Shown: piece by piece, positions 1-9,627 of the stretch
Position numbering within the stretch: the first letter of the stretch is position 1
Layout: each line of letters starts with the position of its first letter
Assembly (NCBI GenBank): GCA_016932415.1
Contig: JAFGCX010000031.1
Coordinates: forward strand, 3,486 to 67,485
DNA length: 64,000 nucleotides
Source of the DNA: Candidatus Krumholzibacteriota bacterium
GTDB lineage: Bacteria > Krumholzibacteriota > Krumholzibacteriia > Krumholzibacteriales > Krumholzibacteriaceae
Direction of reading: 5' to 3'
The notes under the pieces: generated by a model
What the model was told of the DNA's origin: nothing
The model's database searches: none
What the model saw: the letters and a program-made list of their open reading frames with translations, nothing else
Program-made: the position numbers and the translations under genes

Positions 1-1029
1 GATCTCCGGACTGTAGAGGATGTCGCCGAAGCGATCAGATCTCTCAAAGTCCGCGGAGCACCGGCGATAGGGATCACGGCGGCTTATGGAGTGCTTCTTT
101 CCCTTGAATCTGTTCTCATCAGGTCGGATCCAGATCTTCCGCGGTATATTTTCGATCGTGAGAAGGGAAGGACAGTCTCTGTATCCCGATCGGACGATTT
201 TGACGCTCTGCGCAACGAGCTTTTTGGAGCGATAGATCTTCTTGCCGCGACCAGGCCAACCGCCATGAATCTTTTCTACGCTCTTGGGAGGATGAGGAGT
301 ATTGTCGAAAACGCCCCTGATGATATAGAGTCGCTCTGTGACAGGATAGAAAAAGAAGCATTTCTTGTATTCGAAGAGGAGATCGACCGGGAACTGATGA
401 TCGGCGAATATGGTTCTGGTATCATTGAAGACGGAATGAGAGTCCTTACGCACTGCAACGCGGGAGGACTGGCGACGGCGGGGTTCGGCACGGCTCTGGG
501 AGTCATATATTCGGCGGTCTCCAGTGGAAAGAGGATAGAACTCTATGCCGACGAGACAAGGCCTCTTTTTCAGGGGAGCAGGCTGTCGGCATGGGAATCG
601 ATGAAAAAAGGTATCAAAACCACTATCCTGTGCGACAGCGCGGCCGCGTCGCTGATCGCCGCGGGGAAGATTGACGTGGTGATTACCGGAGCCGACAGAA
701 TAGCGATGAATGGAGATACGGCAAACAAGATAGGGACGCTCCCGCTGGCGATAATCTGTTCTAACTATGGAATCCCCTTTTACATAGCGGCACCGGTATC
801 GACATTTGATCCTGAATCTGAAAGTGGAGAGGACATAGTCATCGAATACCGCGATAGTGAAGAATTGACCTCATATCAGGGAATCAGGATCGCTCCGGAG
901 GGGGTAAACGTATATAATCCGGCGTTTGACGTCACCCCGGCTTCGCTGATTACCGCCATAATTACTGAAAAAGGATTGATAAAGAGCCCTTTTGATATTA
1001 ATATAGGCAAAATGAGGTTATCGGAATGA
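1..1029 (+). CDS. mtnA: Methylthioribose-1-phosphate isomerase (eIF-2B alpha/beta/delta family), 5'-truncated by window edge
   Basis: Frame 1 is open from base 1 (DLRTVEDVAEAIRSLKVRGAPAIGITAAYG...) and runs into track ORF 91..1029. Motifs VRGAPAIG, CNAGGLAT and GADRIAMNGDTANKIGT are typical of MtnA. Confidence 0.8.
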   Translation, partial: DLRTVEDVAEAIRSLKVRGAPAIGITAAYGVLLSLESVLIRSDPDLPRYIFDREKGRTVSVSRSDDFDALRNELFGAIDLLAATRPTAMNLFYALGRMRSIVENAPDDIESLCDRIEKEAFLVFEEEIDRELMIGEYGSGIIEDGMRVLTHCNAGGLATAGFGTALGVIYSAVSSGKRIELYADETRPLFQGSRLSAWESMKKGIKTTILCDSAAASLIAAGKIDVVITGADRIAMNGDTANKIGTLPLAIICSNYGIPFYIAAPVSTFDPESESGEDIVIEYRDSEELTSYQGIRIAPEGVNVYNPAFDVTPASLITAIITEKGLIKSPFDINIGKMRLSE

Positions 1030-1098
1030 CAAAAGGCTAGTTTCAAATCCCGCTCTGATCGGCCTGTCTGCCATTTTAAGATAAATAATTAAAGAAAC

Positions 1099-1127
1099 TT
1101 GACATATACAGGTGCCGGGTATATATT
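1099..1127 (+). promoter_or_regulatory. Sigma-70-type promoter candidate for rplM-rpsI (TTGACA-17 nt-TATATT)
   Basis: TTGACA at 1099..1104, an exact 17-nt spacer, and TATATT at 1122..1127. It lies about 45 nt upstream of the rplM ATG, which is preceded by GGAGGA. Confidence 0.5.
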
Positions 1128-1171
1128 TTGATACTTAATTTTCCGGGGATAAGTGTGTTTTTCGGAGGAAT

Positions 1172-1606
1172 ATGATGCAAAAAACTACGGTATTAAAGCC
1201 GGGAGAGTTCGAAAGAAACTGGTATCTGATTGACGCCAATGGTAAAACGCTCGGCAGGCTGGCGTCGCGGATCGCCACGATTCTCAGAGGCAAGAACAAG
1301 CCAGGATATGCTCCTCACATGGATATCGGCGATTTTATCGTCGTTGTCAACGCCTCGAAAGTCAAGGTGACGGGCAACAAGCTTGAAGACAAGAATTACT
1401 GGTCCTACAGCGGGTATTCCGGTGGTCTGAGGTTGACGAGCCTCAAGGTCAAGATGGAAAAGGATCCGGTTTTTCCTCTGACGAACGCGGTCAAAGGCAT
1501 GCTTCCCCATAACAAACTGGGGCGAAGACTGCTCAAAAAGCTTAAAGTTTATGCCGGAGCCCAGCATCCTCACAAGGCCCAGGCACCTGAGGTCCTTGAG
1601 TTTTAG
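1172..1606 (+). CDS. rplM: 50S ribosomal protein L13
   Basis: WYLIDANGKTLGRLASRIATILRGKNKPGYAPHMDIGDFIVVVNA is a canonical L13 N-terminus. An SD (GGAGGA) lies upstream. Confidence 0.95.
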   Translation: MMQKTTVLKPGEFERNWYLIDANGKTLGRLASRIATILRGKNKPGYAPHMDIGDFIVVVNASKVKVTGNKLEDKNYWSYSGYSGGLRLTSLKVKMEKDPVFPLTNAVKGMLPHNKLGRRLLKKLKVYAGAQHPHKAQAPEVLEF

Positions 1607-1646
1607 TACGGACAGGTAAGGCCGGTAAGTCTTATACCTTTTAAAC

Positions 1647-2057
1647 ATGAGGGGAGGTGTTGATTTGTCGAAAGAAGTATTCCATTCGGTCGGAAGAAGG
1701 AAGTCATCTGTAGCGCGTATCTATCTTACAGAAGGAAAGGGTGACATCCTGGTCAACGGCGTATCTCTTCCCGAATACATGAAGAGGGAAAGCCTTACGC
1801 TTCTGGTCCGTCAGCCGTTGAATATTACGAACGCTGAGACCAAGTATGATATAAAGGCTACCGTCAAGGGAGGCGGAACCGCCGGACAGGCGGGAGCAAT
1901 ACGTCTCGGGATCTCAAGAGCTATCATATTGCACGATGAGACGATGAGAGGAGTCCTTAAATCAGGAGGATTTCTTACCAGAGACGCGAGAGAAAAAGAG
2001 CGTAAGAAATATGGCCAGCCAGGAGCGAGGAAGAAGTTCCAGTTCTCGAAGCGCTAG
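1647..2057 (+). CDS. rpsI: 30S ribosomal protein S9
   Basis: GRRKSSVARIYL...GGGTAGQAGAIRLGISRA...TRDAREKERKKYGQPGARKKFQFSKR. Follows rplM as in most bacteria. Confidence 0.95.
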   Translation: MRGGVDLSKEVFHSVGRRKSSVARIYLTEGKGDILVNGVSLPEYMKRESLTLLVRQPLNITNAETKYDIKATVKGGGTAGQAGAIRLGISRAIILHDETMRGVLKSGGFLTRDAREKERKKYGQPGARKKFQFSKR

Positions 2058-2156
2058 AGCCGACAATTCACACATCCCTTTTCGACCCATGGTGTCCCGT
2101 ACGGGGATCGGGCCGGTAGAATGAAGGGGTGGAGGATAAACCAAAAGGAGAAAAAA

Positions 2157-2969
2157 GTGGAAGTCCAGATCAAGGATCTGCTGGAAGCGGGCGTTCATTT
2201 CGGGCACCAGACGCGGCGCTGGAACCCCAAGATGAAACCGTATATTTACAAAGAACAGAACAGCATTTATATCATCGACCTGCGTAAGACTCTCGATAAA
2301 CTTAAAATCGCATATAGCATGCTTCATGAGATCGCCAGCGAGGGTAAGACTGTCCTTTTCGTGGGAACAAAAAGGCAGTCGAAGGAAAGCGTTCGCGATG
2401 ATGCCACCAGATGCGGGATGTACTATATCAACGAACGCTGGCTCGGAGGCACATTAACGAACCACAAGACCATCGGCGCCAGTTTGAGCAAGATCGACGA
2501 TTTTGAAGCAATGGAAAGAGATGGCAGGATCGAACAGTTGTCGAAGAAGGAACGGCTCGATATCGAAAAGAAGAAAGCCAAACTGTTGAAGATCCTTGCC
2601 GGTATTCGCGGCATGAGCAAAATGCCATCATGTGTCATAGTATTTGACACCAATAAAGAATCGATAGCTATAAGGGAAGCGAAAAGGCTGAATATTCCGA
2701 TCATAGGCCTGGTCGACACGAACAGCGACCCTGATGAAGTCGACATCGCTATCCCTGCTAACGATGATGCCATACGTTCGATAAAATTATTCACAAAAAC
2801 TCTGTCAGACGCTGTGATAGAAGGAAGAGCAAAATACCTGAAGAACAAGGATTTTGTCGAATCCAAGGGTAAGAAAAAGGAACAGGCGACAAGAGAGAAT
2901 ATAACGCCCGTCAGCAAAGCTCCCTCGGAGAAAGCTGTGACAGAACCGGAAGAGAAGAAATCAGAATAA
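2157..2969 (+). CDS. rpsB: 30S ribosomal protein S2 (start probably GTG 2157; track ORF begins at ATG 2121)
   Basis: LLEAGVHFGHQTRRWNPKM motif. AAGGAG sits 7 nt before GTG 2157 and gives a normal-length S2 N-terminus. Lys/Glu-rich C-terminal tail. Confidence 0.9.
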   Translation: MEVQIKDLLEAGVHFGHQTRRWNPKMKPYIYKEQNSIYIIDLRKTLDKLKIAYSMLHEIASEGKTVLFVGTKRQSKESVRDDATRCGMYYINERWLGGTLTNHKTIGASLSKIDDFEAMERDGRIEQLSKKERLDIEKKKAKLLKILAGIRGMSKMPSCVIVFDTNKESIAIREAKRLNIPIIGLVDTNSDPDEVDIAIPANDDAIRSIKLFTKTLSDAVIEGRAKYLKNKDFVESKGKKKEQATRENITPVSKAPSEKAVTEPEEKKSE

Positions 2970-2993
2970 AGATCAGCCCGGAGGAATTAATAA

Positions 2994-3590
2994 ATGGAAA
3001 TAACACCGAAATTAGTCAAGGAACTCAGGGACAGGACTAACGTTGGAATGATGGACTGCAAGAAGGCTCTTCAGGAGACCGGAGGAGATATCGAAGCGGC
3101 GATAAAGATCCTGCGCGAGAAAGGACTTTCTTCCGCTGCCAAAAGAGCGCACAGGGAAGCTAAGGAAGGTACGATCTTTTCATATATTCACAGCAATAAC
3201 AAGCTCGGGGTCCTGGTCGAACTGAATTGTGAGACAGATTTTGTGGCAAGGACCGATGATTTCCAGGAACTGGGGAAGAATATCGCTATGCAGATCGCGG
3301 CGGCGAATCCTTCCGTTGTGAGCCGTGATGACGTTTCCGAAGAAGATCTTGAGCGTGAAAGAGAGATATTCAGAAACCAGGCGCTCAAGTCGGGAAAGCC
3401 GGAAAAGATACTTGATAAAATCGTTGAAGGAAAGATTGAAAAGTTCTACAGTGAGAATGTACTTCTTGAGCAGACCTATATAAAAGATGACAAGATCGTC
3501 GTCGGGGATCTGATCAAGGAAGTAATAGGGAAACTTGGAGAAAACATGGTTATTAGACGTTTTGTCCGGTTCCAGCTGGGAGAGGAATAA
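2994..3590 (+). CDS. tsf: Elongation factor Ts (short, about 198-aa form)
   Basis: ITPKLVKELRDRTNVGMMDCKKALQETGGDIEAAIKILREKG is the UBA-like N-terminus. The rpsB-tsf order is conserved. Confidence 0.95.
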   Translation: MEITPKLVKELRDRTNVGMMDCKKALQETGGDIEAAIKILREKGLSSAAKRAHREAKEGTIFSYIHSNNKLGVLVELNCETDFVARTDDFQELGKNIAMQIAAANPSVVSRDDVSEEDLEREREIFRNQALKSGKPEKILDKIVEGKIEKFYSENVLLEQTYIKDDKIVVGDLIKEVIGKLGENMVIRRFVRFQLGEE

Positions 3591-3636
3591 TCCTGAACGG
3601 TGAAACAGGCTAAGTGAGACTGGTATAATAAAGAAA

Positions 3637-3667
3637 GCGTGGGAATATATAATTCCTGCGCTTTTTT
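3637..3667 (+). terminator. Rho-independent terminator after tsf
   Basis: 10-bp stem GCGUGGGAAU / AUUCCUGCGC (two G-U pairs), 5-nt loop AUAUA, followed by T6 (3662..3667). Confidence 0.7.
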
Positions 3668-3683
3668 ATGAAGGGAGATCTCG

Positions 3684-4397
3684 ATGACAGCGCGTCCAGA
3701 GATCAGGAGAGTGCTTCTGAAAGTAAGCGGGGAGGTCTTCGGTGGGGTGGAACAGAGTATAGATCTTGATATGACAGGAGAGTTCGCATCCGATTTAAAA
3801 GAGGCGCTTGAAACGGGAGTCGAGATCGCCGTGGTCGTGGGAGGTGGTAATATACTCAGGGGGTCGATGATCAGCGGAAAGAAGGTCCAGAGGATATCGG
3901 CGGACTATATGGGTATGCTCGGTACGGTCATAAACGCTCTCGCGCTCCAGGGTGTCCTGGAGGAAATGGGCGTGGAAGCAAGGGTGATGACTCCTTTCGG
4001 AGTAGGACAGGTCGCAGAACGGTTTATCAGGAGGGAAGCAGCCGGTCGTCTCCGCGAAGGGATGTTGCTGATTCTTGCCGGAGGAACGGGAAACCCTTAT
4101 TTTACGACGGATACCGCGGCAGCGCTGAGAGCGGCGGAAATCGAGGCTGATATCCTGATAAAAGGGACAAAGGTGCAGGGTATCTATGACAGCGATCCAG
4201 TCAGGGATCCTTCAGCAAAACTGATAGAAGAGTTGAGTTTTTCTGAAGTACTCCGGGACGACCTTAGAGTTATGGATGGTACGGCGGTAGCATTATGCAG
4301 GGATAACGATATTCCGATCATTGTCTTCAATATAATGGAAAAGGGAAATCTCAAGAAGGTATTACAGGGCGAAAAGATAGGATCTATCGTAAGATAA
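3684..4397 (+). CDS. pyrH: UMP kinase
   Basis: RVLLKVSGE...VVVGGGNILRG...GTGNPYFTTDTAAALRAAEI...KGTKVQGIYDSDP. Confidence 0.95.
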   Translation: MTARPEIRRVLLKVSGEVFGGVEQSIDLDMTGEFASDLKEALETGVEIAVVVGGGNILRGSMISGKKVQRISADYMGMLGTVINALALQGVLEEMGVEARVMTPFGVGQVAERFIRREAAGRLREGMLLILAGGTGNPYFTTDTAAALRAAEIEADILIKGTKVQGIYDSDPVRDPSAKLIEELSFSEVLRDDLRVMDGTAVALCRDNDIPIIVFNIMEKGNLKKVLQGEKIGSIVR

Positions 4398-4407
4398 GGA
4401 GGTTAAA

Positions 4408-4971
4408 ATGGATCAGATTGACAAGATATTCTCGGAAACTGAAGATCATATGAAAAAATCGATTGAGATGACAGAGATGGAATTGGCTTCTATAAGGACT
4501 GGAAAAGCATCTCCCACGCTTCTCGACAGTGTAAAGGTCGACTATTACGGGTCTTCAGTACCTCTTAAACAGATCGCAAATATCGCGATCCCCGATGCCA
4601 GACTTATCACTGTTCAGCCCTGGGAAAAACCTATCGTAGGCGAAGTCGTGAAAGCGATACTCGCCTCGAATCTTGGACTGACTCCCCAGAGTGATGGCAC
4701 CTTTATTCGAATACCCCTGCCGCCGCTGACTGAGGAAAGAAGGATCGAACTCGTAAAGTCAGTAAAGCACATAGTGGAGGACGGAAGGATAGCGATCAGA
4801 AATATTCGGCGGGAAGCCAATGACAGGGTGAAAAAACTGGAGAAATCCCATGATATATCAGAGGACGATTCTCATAAATACCAGAAGGAAATACAGGAAA
4901 TGACTGATGAGTCGATCAAGGTACTCGACAATGTCTCTGACGTAAAAGAACAGGAAATAATGGAATTTTAA
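4408..4971 (+). CDS. frr: Ribosome recycling factor
   Basis: ELASIRTGKASPTLLDSVKVDYYGSSVPLKQIANI...LTEERRIELVK...IRNIRREAND. Confidence 0.95.
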   Translation: MDQIDKIFSETEDHMKKSIEMTEMELASIRTGKASPTLLDSVKVDYYGSSVPLKQIANIAIPDARLITVQPWEKPIVGEVVKAILASNLGLTPQSDGTFIRIPLPPLTEERRIELVKSVKHIVEDGRIAIRNIRREANDRVKKLEKSHDISEDDSHKYQKEIQEMTDESIKVLDNVSDVKEQEIMEF

Positions 4972-5762
4972 TGACGAAGTGGTGGGAGGAGACGATCGGG
5001 ACTGAGATGAAAGAAGAAGAAATAGAAAATGAGATAGAAGCCCTTAAAAAGACAAAAGGACTGCCGGAACATATAGCGATAATCATGGATGGAAACGGCA
5101 GGTGGGCCAGGAAAAGGAAATTGCCCCGGATCGCCGGACACAGGTCGGGAAGGGAATCAGTCCGCACGACCGTCCAGACATGCGCCAGGATAGGAATACC
5201 TGTCCTTTCCCTCTACACATTCTCGCTTGAAAACTGGAACAGGCCCGCGGGGGAAGTAAAAGCACTTATGTCGTTTCTAAGGAGAGTCCTTGAATCTGAA
5301 TTCCTTGAACTCGACAAGAACAACATTCAGCTGAGGGCCATGGGAAGGCTCGACCTCCTCCCGAAGTCGACTAAAAAAGTCCTGGACGAGACGATTGAAA
5401 AGCTGTCCCGAAACGATGGAATGATCCTTAATCTATGTCTGAGTTACAGCGGCAGGGCCGAGATCGTCGATTCGGTGAAAGGGATCGCCCGTGATCTGAT
5501 CGAAGGGAAAATCCAGGTCGATTCGATCGATGAGACACTTTTCAGGCAGTACCTTTACTCTCCCGATCTGCCCGATCCGGATCTTCTGATCAGAAGCAGT
5601 GGGGAATTGAGAATAAGCAACTTCCTTCTCTGGCAGATAGCCTATTCCGAAATTTTCGTCACGGATGTCCTCTGGCCCGATTTTCGGGAAGAGCACCTGT
5701 TGAAAGCTATCAATGAGTATCTGTGCCGTGATCGAAGATTCGGGGGTTTAAAAAGCAGGTAA
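4971..5762 (+). CDS. uppS: Undecaprenyl (di-trans,poly-cis) diphosphate synthase
   Basis: HIAIIMDGNGRWARKR...LYTFSLENWNRP...RSSGELRISNFLLWQIAYSE. The start overlaps the frr stop (TAATG). Confidence 0.95.
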   Translation: MTKWWEETIGTEMKEEEIENEIEALKKTKGLPEHIAIIMDGNGRWARKRKLPRIAGHRSGRESVRTTVQTCARIGIPVLSLYTFSLENWNRPAGEVKALMSFLRRVLESEFLELDKNNIQLRAMGRLDLLPKSTKKVLDETIEKLSRNDGMILNLCLSYSGRAEIVDSVKGIARDLIEGKIQVDSIDETLFRQYLYSPDLPDPDLLIRSSGELRISNFLLWQIAYSEIFVTDVLWPDFREEHLLKAINEYLCRDRRFGGLKSR

Positions 5763-5767
5763 TAGGG

Positions 5768-6646
5768 ATGAACGAAGATCATTCGGGCAGAGCCGGGAAG
5801 GCTGAAAAGTCCGGCGGCAAAAAAAGTACGATCCTTGACAGGCTGATAATGTCAGCGATATTCATTCCATGTTTTTTGATCACGGCAAGAAGAGGGGGGA
5901 TCTATTACCTGATCCTGATCGATATGATCATCCTCGTGGGATTGTGGGAATTCTACCGGATGATGGAAGCAAAAGGGTTAAAACCATACAAGATAATAGG
6001 TATCCTGAGTGGAATAGCGCTTCCATGGTATATTTTCTTTCAGCAGGGTGTGTACGCCAACCTCCTTCTGACAGTCATCTTTATAGGAATTATGACGAGT
6101 GAACTCTGGAGAAAGGAAAAAGAAAGGGCTGTCTATCATATCTCCGTCACGATCTTTGGAGTCTTCTATGTCGCGTGGCTGGGAAGTCATTTTATACTCG
6201 TCCGCGAACTGCCGCAGATCCTCGGGCAGGATTATTCTGCTGGTTATTCATATGTCGTAATGATATTCGCTCTGACATGGAGCTATGACACGGGAGCTTA
6301 TACGACAGGAAGGCTCTTTGGCAGGCACAAGTTATTTCCCTCGGTCTCGCCCGGCAAGACTGTCGAGGGCTCTATCGGGGGAGTCTTCTTCTCGATCGGT
6401 GGTATATTCATCGTCAGGGCTATAATGGCTCCTTACATCGGATGGATCGACGCAGTTCTTCTCGCCGTTGTAGCCTCTGTAATAGGACAGATCGGCGACC
6501 TGGTCGAATCGATGCTGAAAAGAGATGTCGATGTAAAGGATTCTTCCGAGACTATTCCCGGACACGGGGGAGTACTTGACAGGTTCGATTCAGTCCTGTT
6601 TACTGCTCCGGTGATATATTATCTGCTCAGATACTATTTGTTCTGA
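5768..6646 (+). CDS. cdsA: Phosphatidate cytidylyltransferase
   Basis: Multi-TM protein with SPGKTVEGSIGG...GDLVESMLKRDVDVKDSSETIPGHGGVLDRFDS, the CTP-transferase-1 signature. Confidence 0.9.
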   Translation: MNEDHSGRAGKAEKSGGKKSTILDRLIMSAIFIPCFLITARRGGIYYLILIDMIILVGLWEFYRMMEAKGLKPYKIIGILSGIALPWYIFFQQGVYANLLLTVIFIGIMTSELWRKEKERAVYHISVTIFGVFYVAWLGSHFILVRELPQILGQDYSAGYSYVVMIFALTWSYDTGAYTTGRLFGRHKLFPSVSPGKTVEGSIGGVFFSIGGIFIVRAIMAPYIGWIDAVLLAVVASVIGQIGDLVESMLKRDVDVKDSSETIPGHGGVLDRFDSVLFTAPVIYYLLRYYLF

Positions 6647-6666
6647 TTACAGAGAAGGTAGCTACT

Positions 6667-7830
6667 TTGAAAAAAGTCGTCATTCTTGGTTCGACCGGAT
6701 CGATAGGTAGAGCCGCGGTAGAGATCATTTCCCAGGCAAGTGATGATTTTGTCATAACGGGCCTGGCCGCGGAAAGCAATATCAATCAGATGCAGGAACA
6801 GCTTGCCGATTTTCCCGACGCATTTTTCTCGCTATACAGCGAGGCGGCTCTGAACAGGTTGATCAAAAAGGATCCTCTTCTTGGAAAAAGGGAGAGGGGG
6901 TCGGGATCGGATGGAGTCCTTGCCCTTGTAGAGGAAGGTGCCGCCGATATTGTGATAAATGCCATGGTAGGGATCTCGGGCCTGTTGCCGACGATCAAAG
7001 CTCTTGAAATGGGTAGCAGCGTAGCTCTGGCAAACAAAGAGGCTCTCGTAACCGGTGGTCATATAATAAACGACCTGATCCAGAATACTGCGGGACGGAT
7101 CATACCGGTCGACAGTGAGCATTTCTCGCTTTCGCGATGCCTGAGGGGCAACAGGGAAGATACTCTGGAGATCATCCTGACCGCTTCAGGAGGACCTTTT
7201 TATAAAAGGGATATGACGGGCCTGTCAGACGTAACGGTAGAAGAAGTGCTCGACCATCCCACATGGAAAATGGGCAAAAAAGTCACCGTCGATTCGGCTC
7301 ATCTTATCAACAAGGGACTTGAAGTAATAGAAGCGCACTGGCTTTTCGATTTCCCGTATGATTCGATAGGCGTGGTAATTCATCCTCAATCGATCGTGCA
7401 TTCCCTTACCAGGATGAAAGATGGTTCGCTTCTGGCTCATCTCGGACCAGCGGATATGCGTCTTCCCATAATCAATGCCCTGTATTATCCCGTCGTAGCT
7501 CAATATCCGTGGGAACCACTGTCGGTAAATGATTTTGGAAGGCTTGATTTCGTCCAGTTTGAGAGGAAGGATTATCCAGGGTTCGATATCGTAATGCAGG
7601 CGGCGAAAGCCGGAGGCACCGCGCCGACCGTTCTAAATGCCGCTGATGAAGTAGCCGTCTCATCTTTTTTATCAGGAAAGACGGGATTTATGACGATTAT
7701 AGATTGGATAAGAGAAGCGCTGGACGCGCATATTCCGTCTGAAGCTTCCTCTCTCGAAGATATTATTGAAGCGGACAGATGGACAAGAAGGTTTTTGAGT
7801 GAAAGACATAAAGATGCTGTTATAACCTGA
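6667..7830 (+). CDS. dxr: 1-deoxy-D-xylulose 5-phosphate reductoisomerase (TTG start)
   Basis: KKVVILGSTGSIG...LANKEALV...PVDSEHFSL...LTASGGPF...HPTWKMGKKVTVDSAHLINKGLEVIEAHWLF. Confidence 0.95.
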   Translation: MKKVVILGSTGSIGRAAVEIISQASDDFVITGLAAESNINQMQEQLADFPDAFFSLYSEAALNRLIKKDPLLGKRERGSGSDGVLALVEEGAADIVINAMVGISGLLPTIKALEMGSSVALANKEALVTGGHIINDLIQNTAGRIIPVDSEHFSLSRCLRGNREDTLEIILTASGGPFYKRDMTGLSDVTVEEVLDHPTWKMGKKVTVDSAHLINKGLEVIEAHWLFDFPYDSIGVVIHPQSIVHSLTRMKDGSLLAHLGPADMRLPIINALYYPVVAQYPWEPLSVNDFGRLDFVQFERKDYPGFDIVMQAAKAGGTAPTVLNAADEVAVSSFLSGKTGFMTIIDWIREALDAHIPSEASSLEDIIEADRWTRRFLSERHKDAVIT

Positions 7831-7840
7831 TGGAGGTTCC

Positions 7841-9181
7841 ATGTTTCTAACAATAATCGCTTTTGTTTTTGTCTTGAGTATTGTTGTCCTGGTTCATGAA
7901 CTGGGTCATTTTCTCGTGGCAAAGTTGAACGGGATTTACGTCATAACTTTTTCAATCGGTTTCGGCCCGAAAATACTCAGGTTCAAGTACGGGGAGACGG
8001 AATATGCGCTTTCAGCGCTTCCATTCGGCGGATACGTAAAATTTGCCGGAGAAAACGAGGGAGAAGAAGACAAGGAAGACGATTTCGAGAAGGATATTCC
8101 GGAAGAGAGACTGTATAAAAGCAAAAAGCCTGTCCAGAGGATGTCTGTTGTCCTCGCGGGACCGGCGATGAACGCGATTCTGGCTATCGTCCTTTACATA
8201 TCGACTATATGGATACAGGGCATCTTCGTGAGGAATCCTGGCGATGTGGTCAGTGGTGTCATTGATGATTCTCCCGCCGCCGTGGCTGGCTTTCAGACGG
8301 GAGACAGGATTATAGAGATCAACTCGAAGATTTTAAAACCCGGCGAGGAGATAAGCGACCTGGTCGATTACACTGAAGGCGCGAGTTCCACATTCCGGTT
8401 TTTAAGAGGGATCGACACTCTTACCGCGCAAGTGACGCCCGAATGGAATGAGGAAGCGGGCCGGCTTACGATAGGGATCTTTTCGAGCAGCAGGCCGATA
8501 ATCGGGGACGTAAAAAAGGACAGTCCGGCTTATAAAGCCGGGATCCGTAGCGGTGCGCTAATCCTGGCCATGAATGATACGACTGTCTATACCTACCTTG
8601 AAATGGCAGAGAAAATCTATTCGCGCAACGGGATCCCGATAGAATTCAAGTGGGAACTCAATGGGGAGATACACAGTTCCGTGATCACTCCCACATCGAT
8701 GGACGCTCCATCAGGAGGAGAAAAACTCGATGTGATCCAGGTCGGCGCGATCGGTGTAGGGGAGTTTTACGAGAAGCAGAGAGTCTCTTTTCCCGTTGCC
8801 GTCAAATACGGGGCGAAGGCTTTCAGCAACCTCTTCGTGTCGATAATGAGTTTTCTCGGCAAACTGGTTACGGGAAAAGCCACACTCAAGGCTGTCGGAG
8901 GGCCGATAAGAGTCGGTGTCATGGCGGGGGATATGATCAGATGGGGATTCAGCTATCTGATTAACTTCCTGGCGTTTTTCTCGATGAACCTGGCGATCTT
9001 CAATCTGTTGCCGATCCTTCCATTTGACGGAGGCCATTTCGTCATTTTTGTGGTCGAGGCTCTGACCGGGTATAAACCCGGACCGAAGGTTCAGAATGTG
9101 ATGGCCCAGACAGGATTTATCATCCTGATAATTCTAATGGTGTTCATACTTTTCCTTGATCTGTTCAATCTTGTGAGGTGA
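7841..9181 (+). CDS. rseP: RIP site-2 zinc metalloprotease RseP (M50)
   Basis: HELGHFLVAK near the N-terminus, PDZ-like middle region, and C-terminal NLLPILPFDGGH motif. Conserved position after dxr/cdsA. Confidence 0.9.
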   Translation: MFLTIIAFVFVLSIVVLVHELGHFLVAKLNGIYVITFSIGFGPKILRFKYGETEYALSALPFGGYVKFAGENEGEEDKEDDFEKDIPEERLYKSKKPVQRMSVVLAGPAMNAILAIVLYISTIWIQGIFVRNPGDVVSGVIDDSPAAVAGFQTGDRIIEINSKILKPGEEISDLVDYTEGASSTFRFLRGIDTLTAQVTPEWNEEAGRLTIGIFSSSRPIIGDVKKDSPAYKAGIRSGALILAMNDTTVYTYLEMAEKIYSRNGIPIEFKWELNGEIHSSVITPTSMDAPSGGEKLDVIQVGAIGVGEFYEKQRVSFPVAVKYGAKAFSNLFVSIMSFLGKLVTGKATLKAVGGPIRVGVMAGDMIRWGFSYLINFLAFFSMNLAIFNLLPILPFDGGHFVIFVVEALTGYKPGPKVQNVMAQTGFIILIILMVFILFLDLFNLVR

Positions 9182-9538
9182 TCACGGCTTTTCACGTTCA
9201 ATGAGTAGTTCGATTCTGCTGAAAACGGCATGCCATCTCTCAGGGTTTTCCTTCAGGCTGTCAATTGTCCTGAGGATCCTTTCCTTATCGACACCTTCTT
9301 TGAGGGTATCCCATTTTTTTAGGCTGTCAGACGGATTATCTTGGAGATTTTTCTCTAATTCGTTTATTTTTACGTAGAGTTGGACAATATACCGTTCATC
9401 GGCTGTCAGAGTAAAATCCTTTTCCGGAGTTTTACCACCCGGGTTATCGCAGCCCGCGTGAAGAACAAGGAAGACCTGAATGACAGGAATGAAGATCAGT
9501 GATCTTATCCTCGAAATATTGCGAAACAAAGAACTCAT
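9182..9538 (-). CDS. Hypothetical small lipoprotein (118 aa)
   Basis: Signal peptide plus lipobox (VLHAGC), then a charged helical region. No recognisable family. Convergent with rseP with no intergenic base. Confidence 0.45.
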   Translation of the reverse strand: MSSLFRNISRIRSLIFIPVIQVFLVLHAGCDNPGGKTPEKDFTLTADERYIVQLYVKINELEKNLQDNPSDSLKKWDTLKEGVDKERILRTIDSLKENPERWHAVFSRIELLIEREKP

Positions 9539-9627
9539 GCTTTATCCGTGGTTGGTAGTTTCAATACAGTCTCACGAGATCCAGAGTAAGACATCATATC
9601 GCCACGTGAAGAACTTAAATATAAAAT

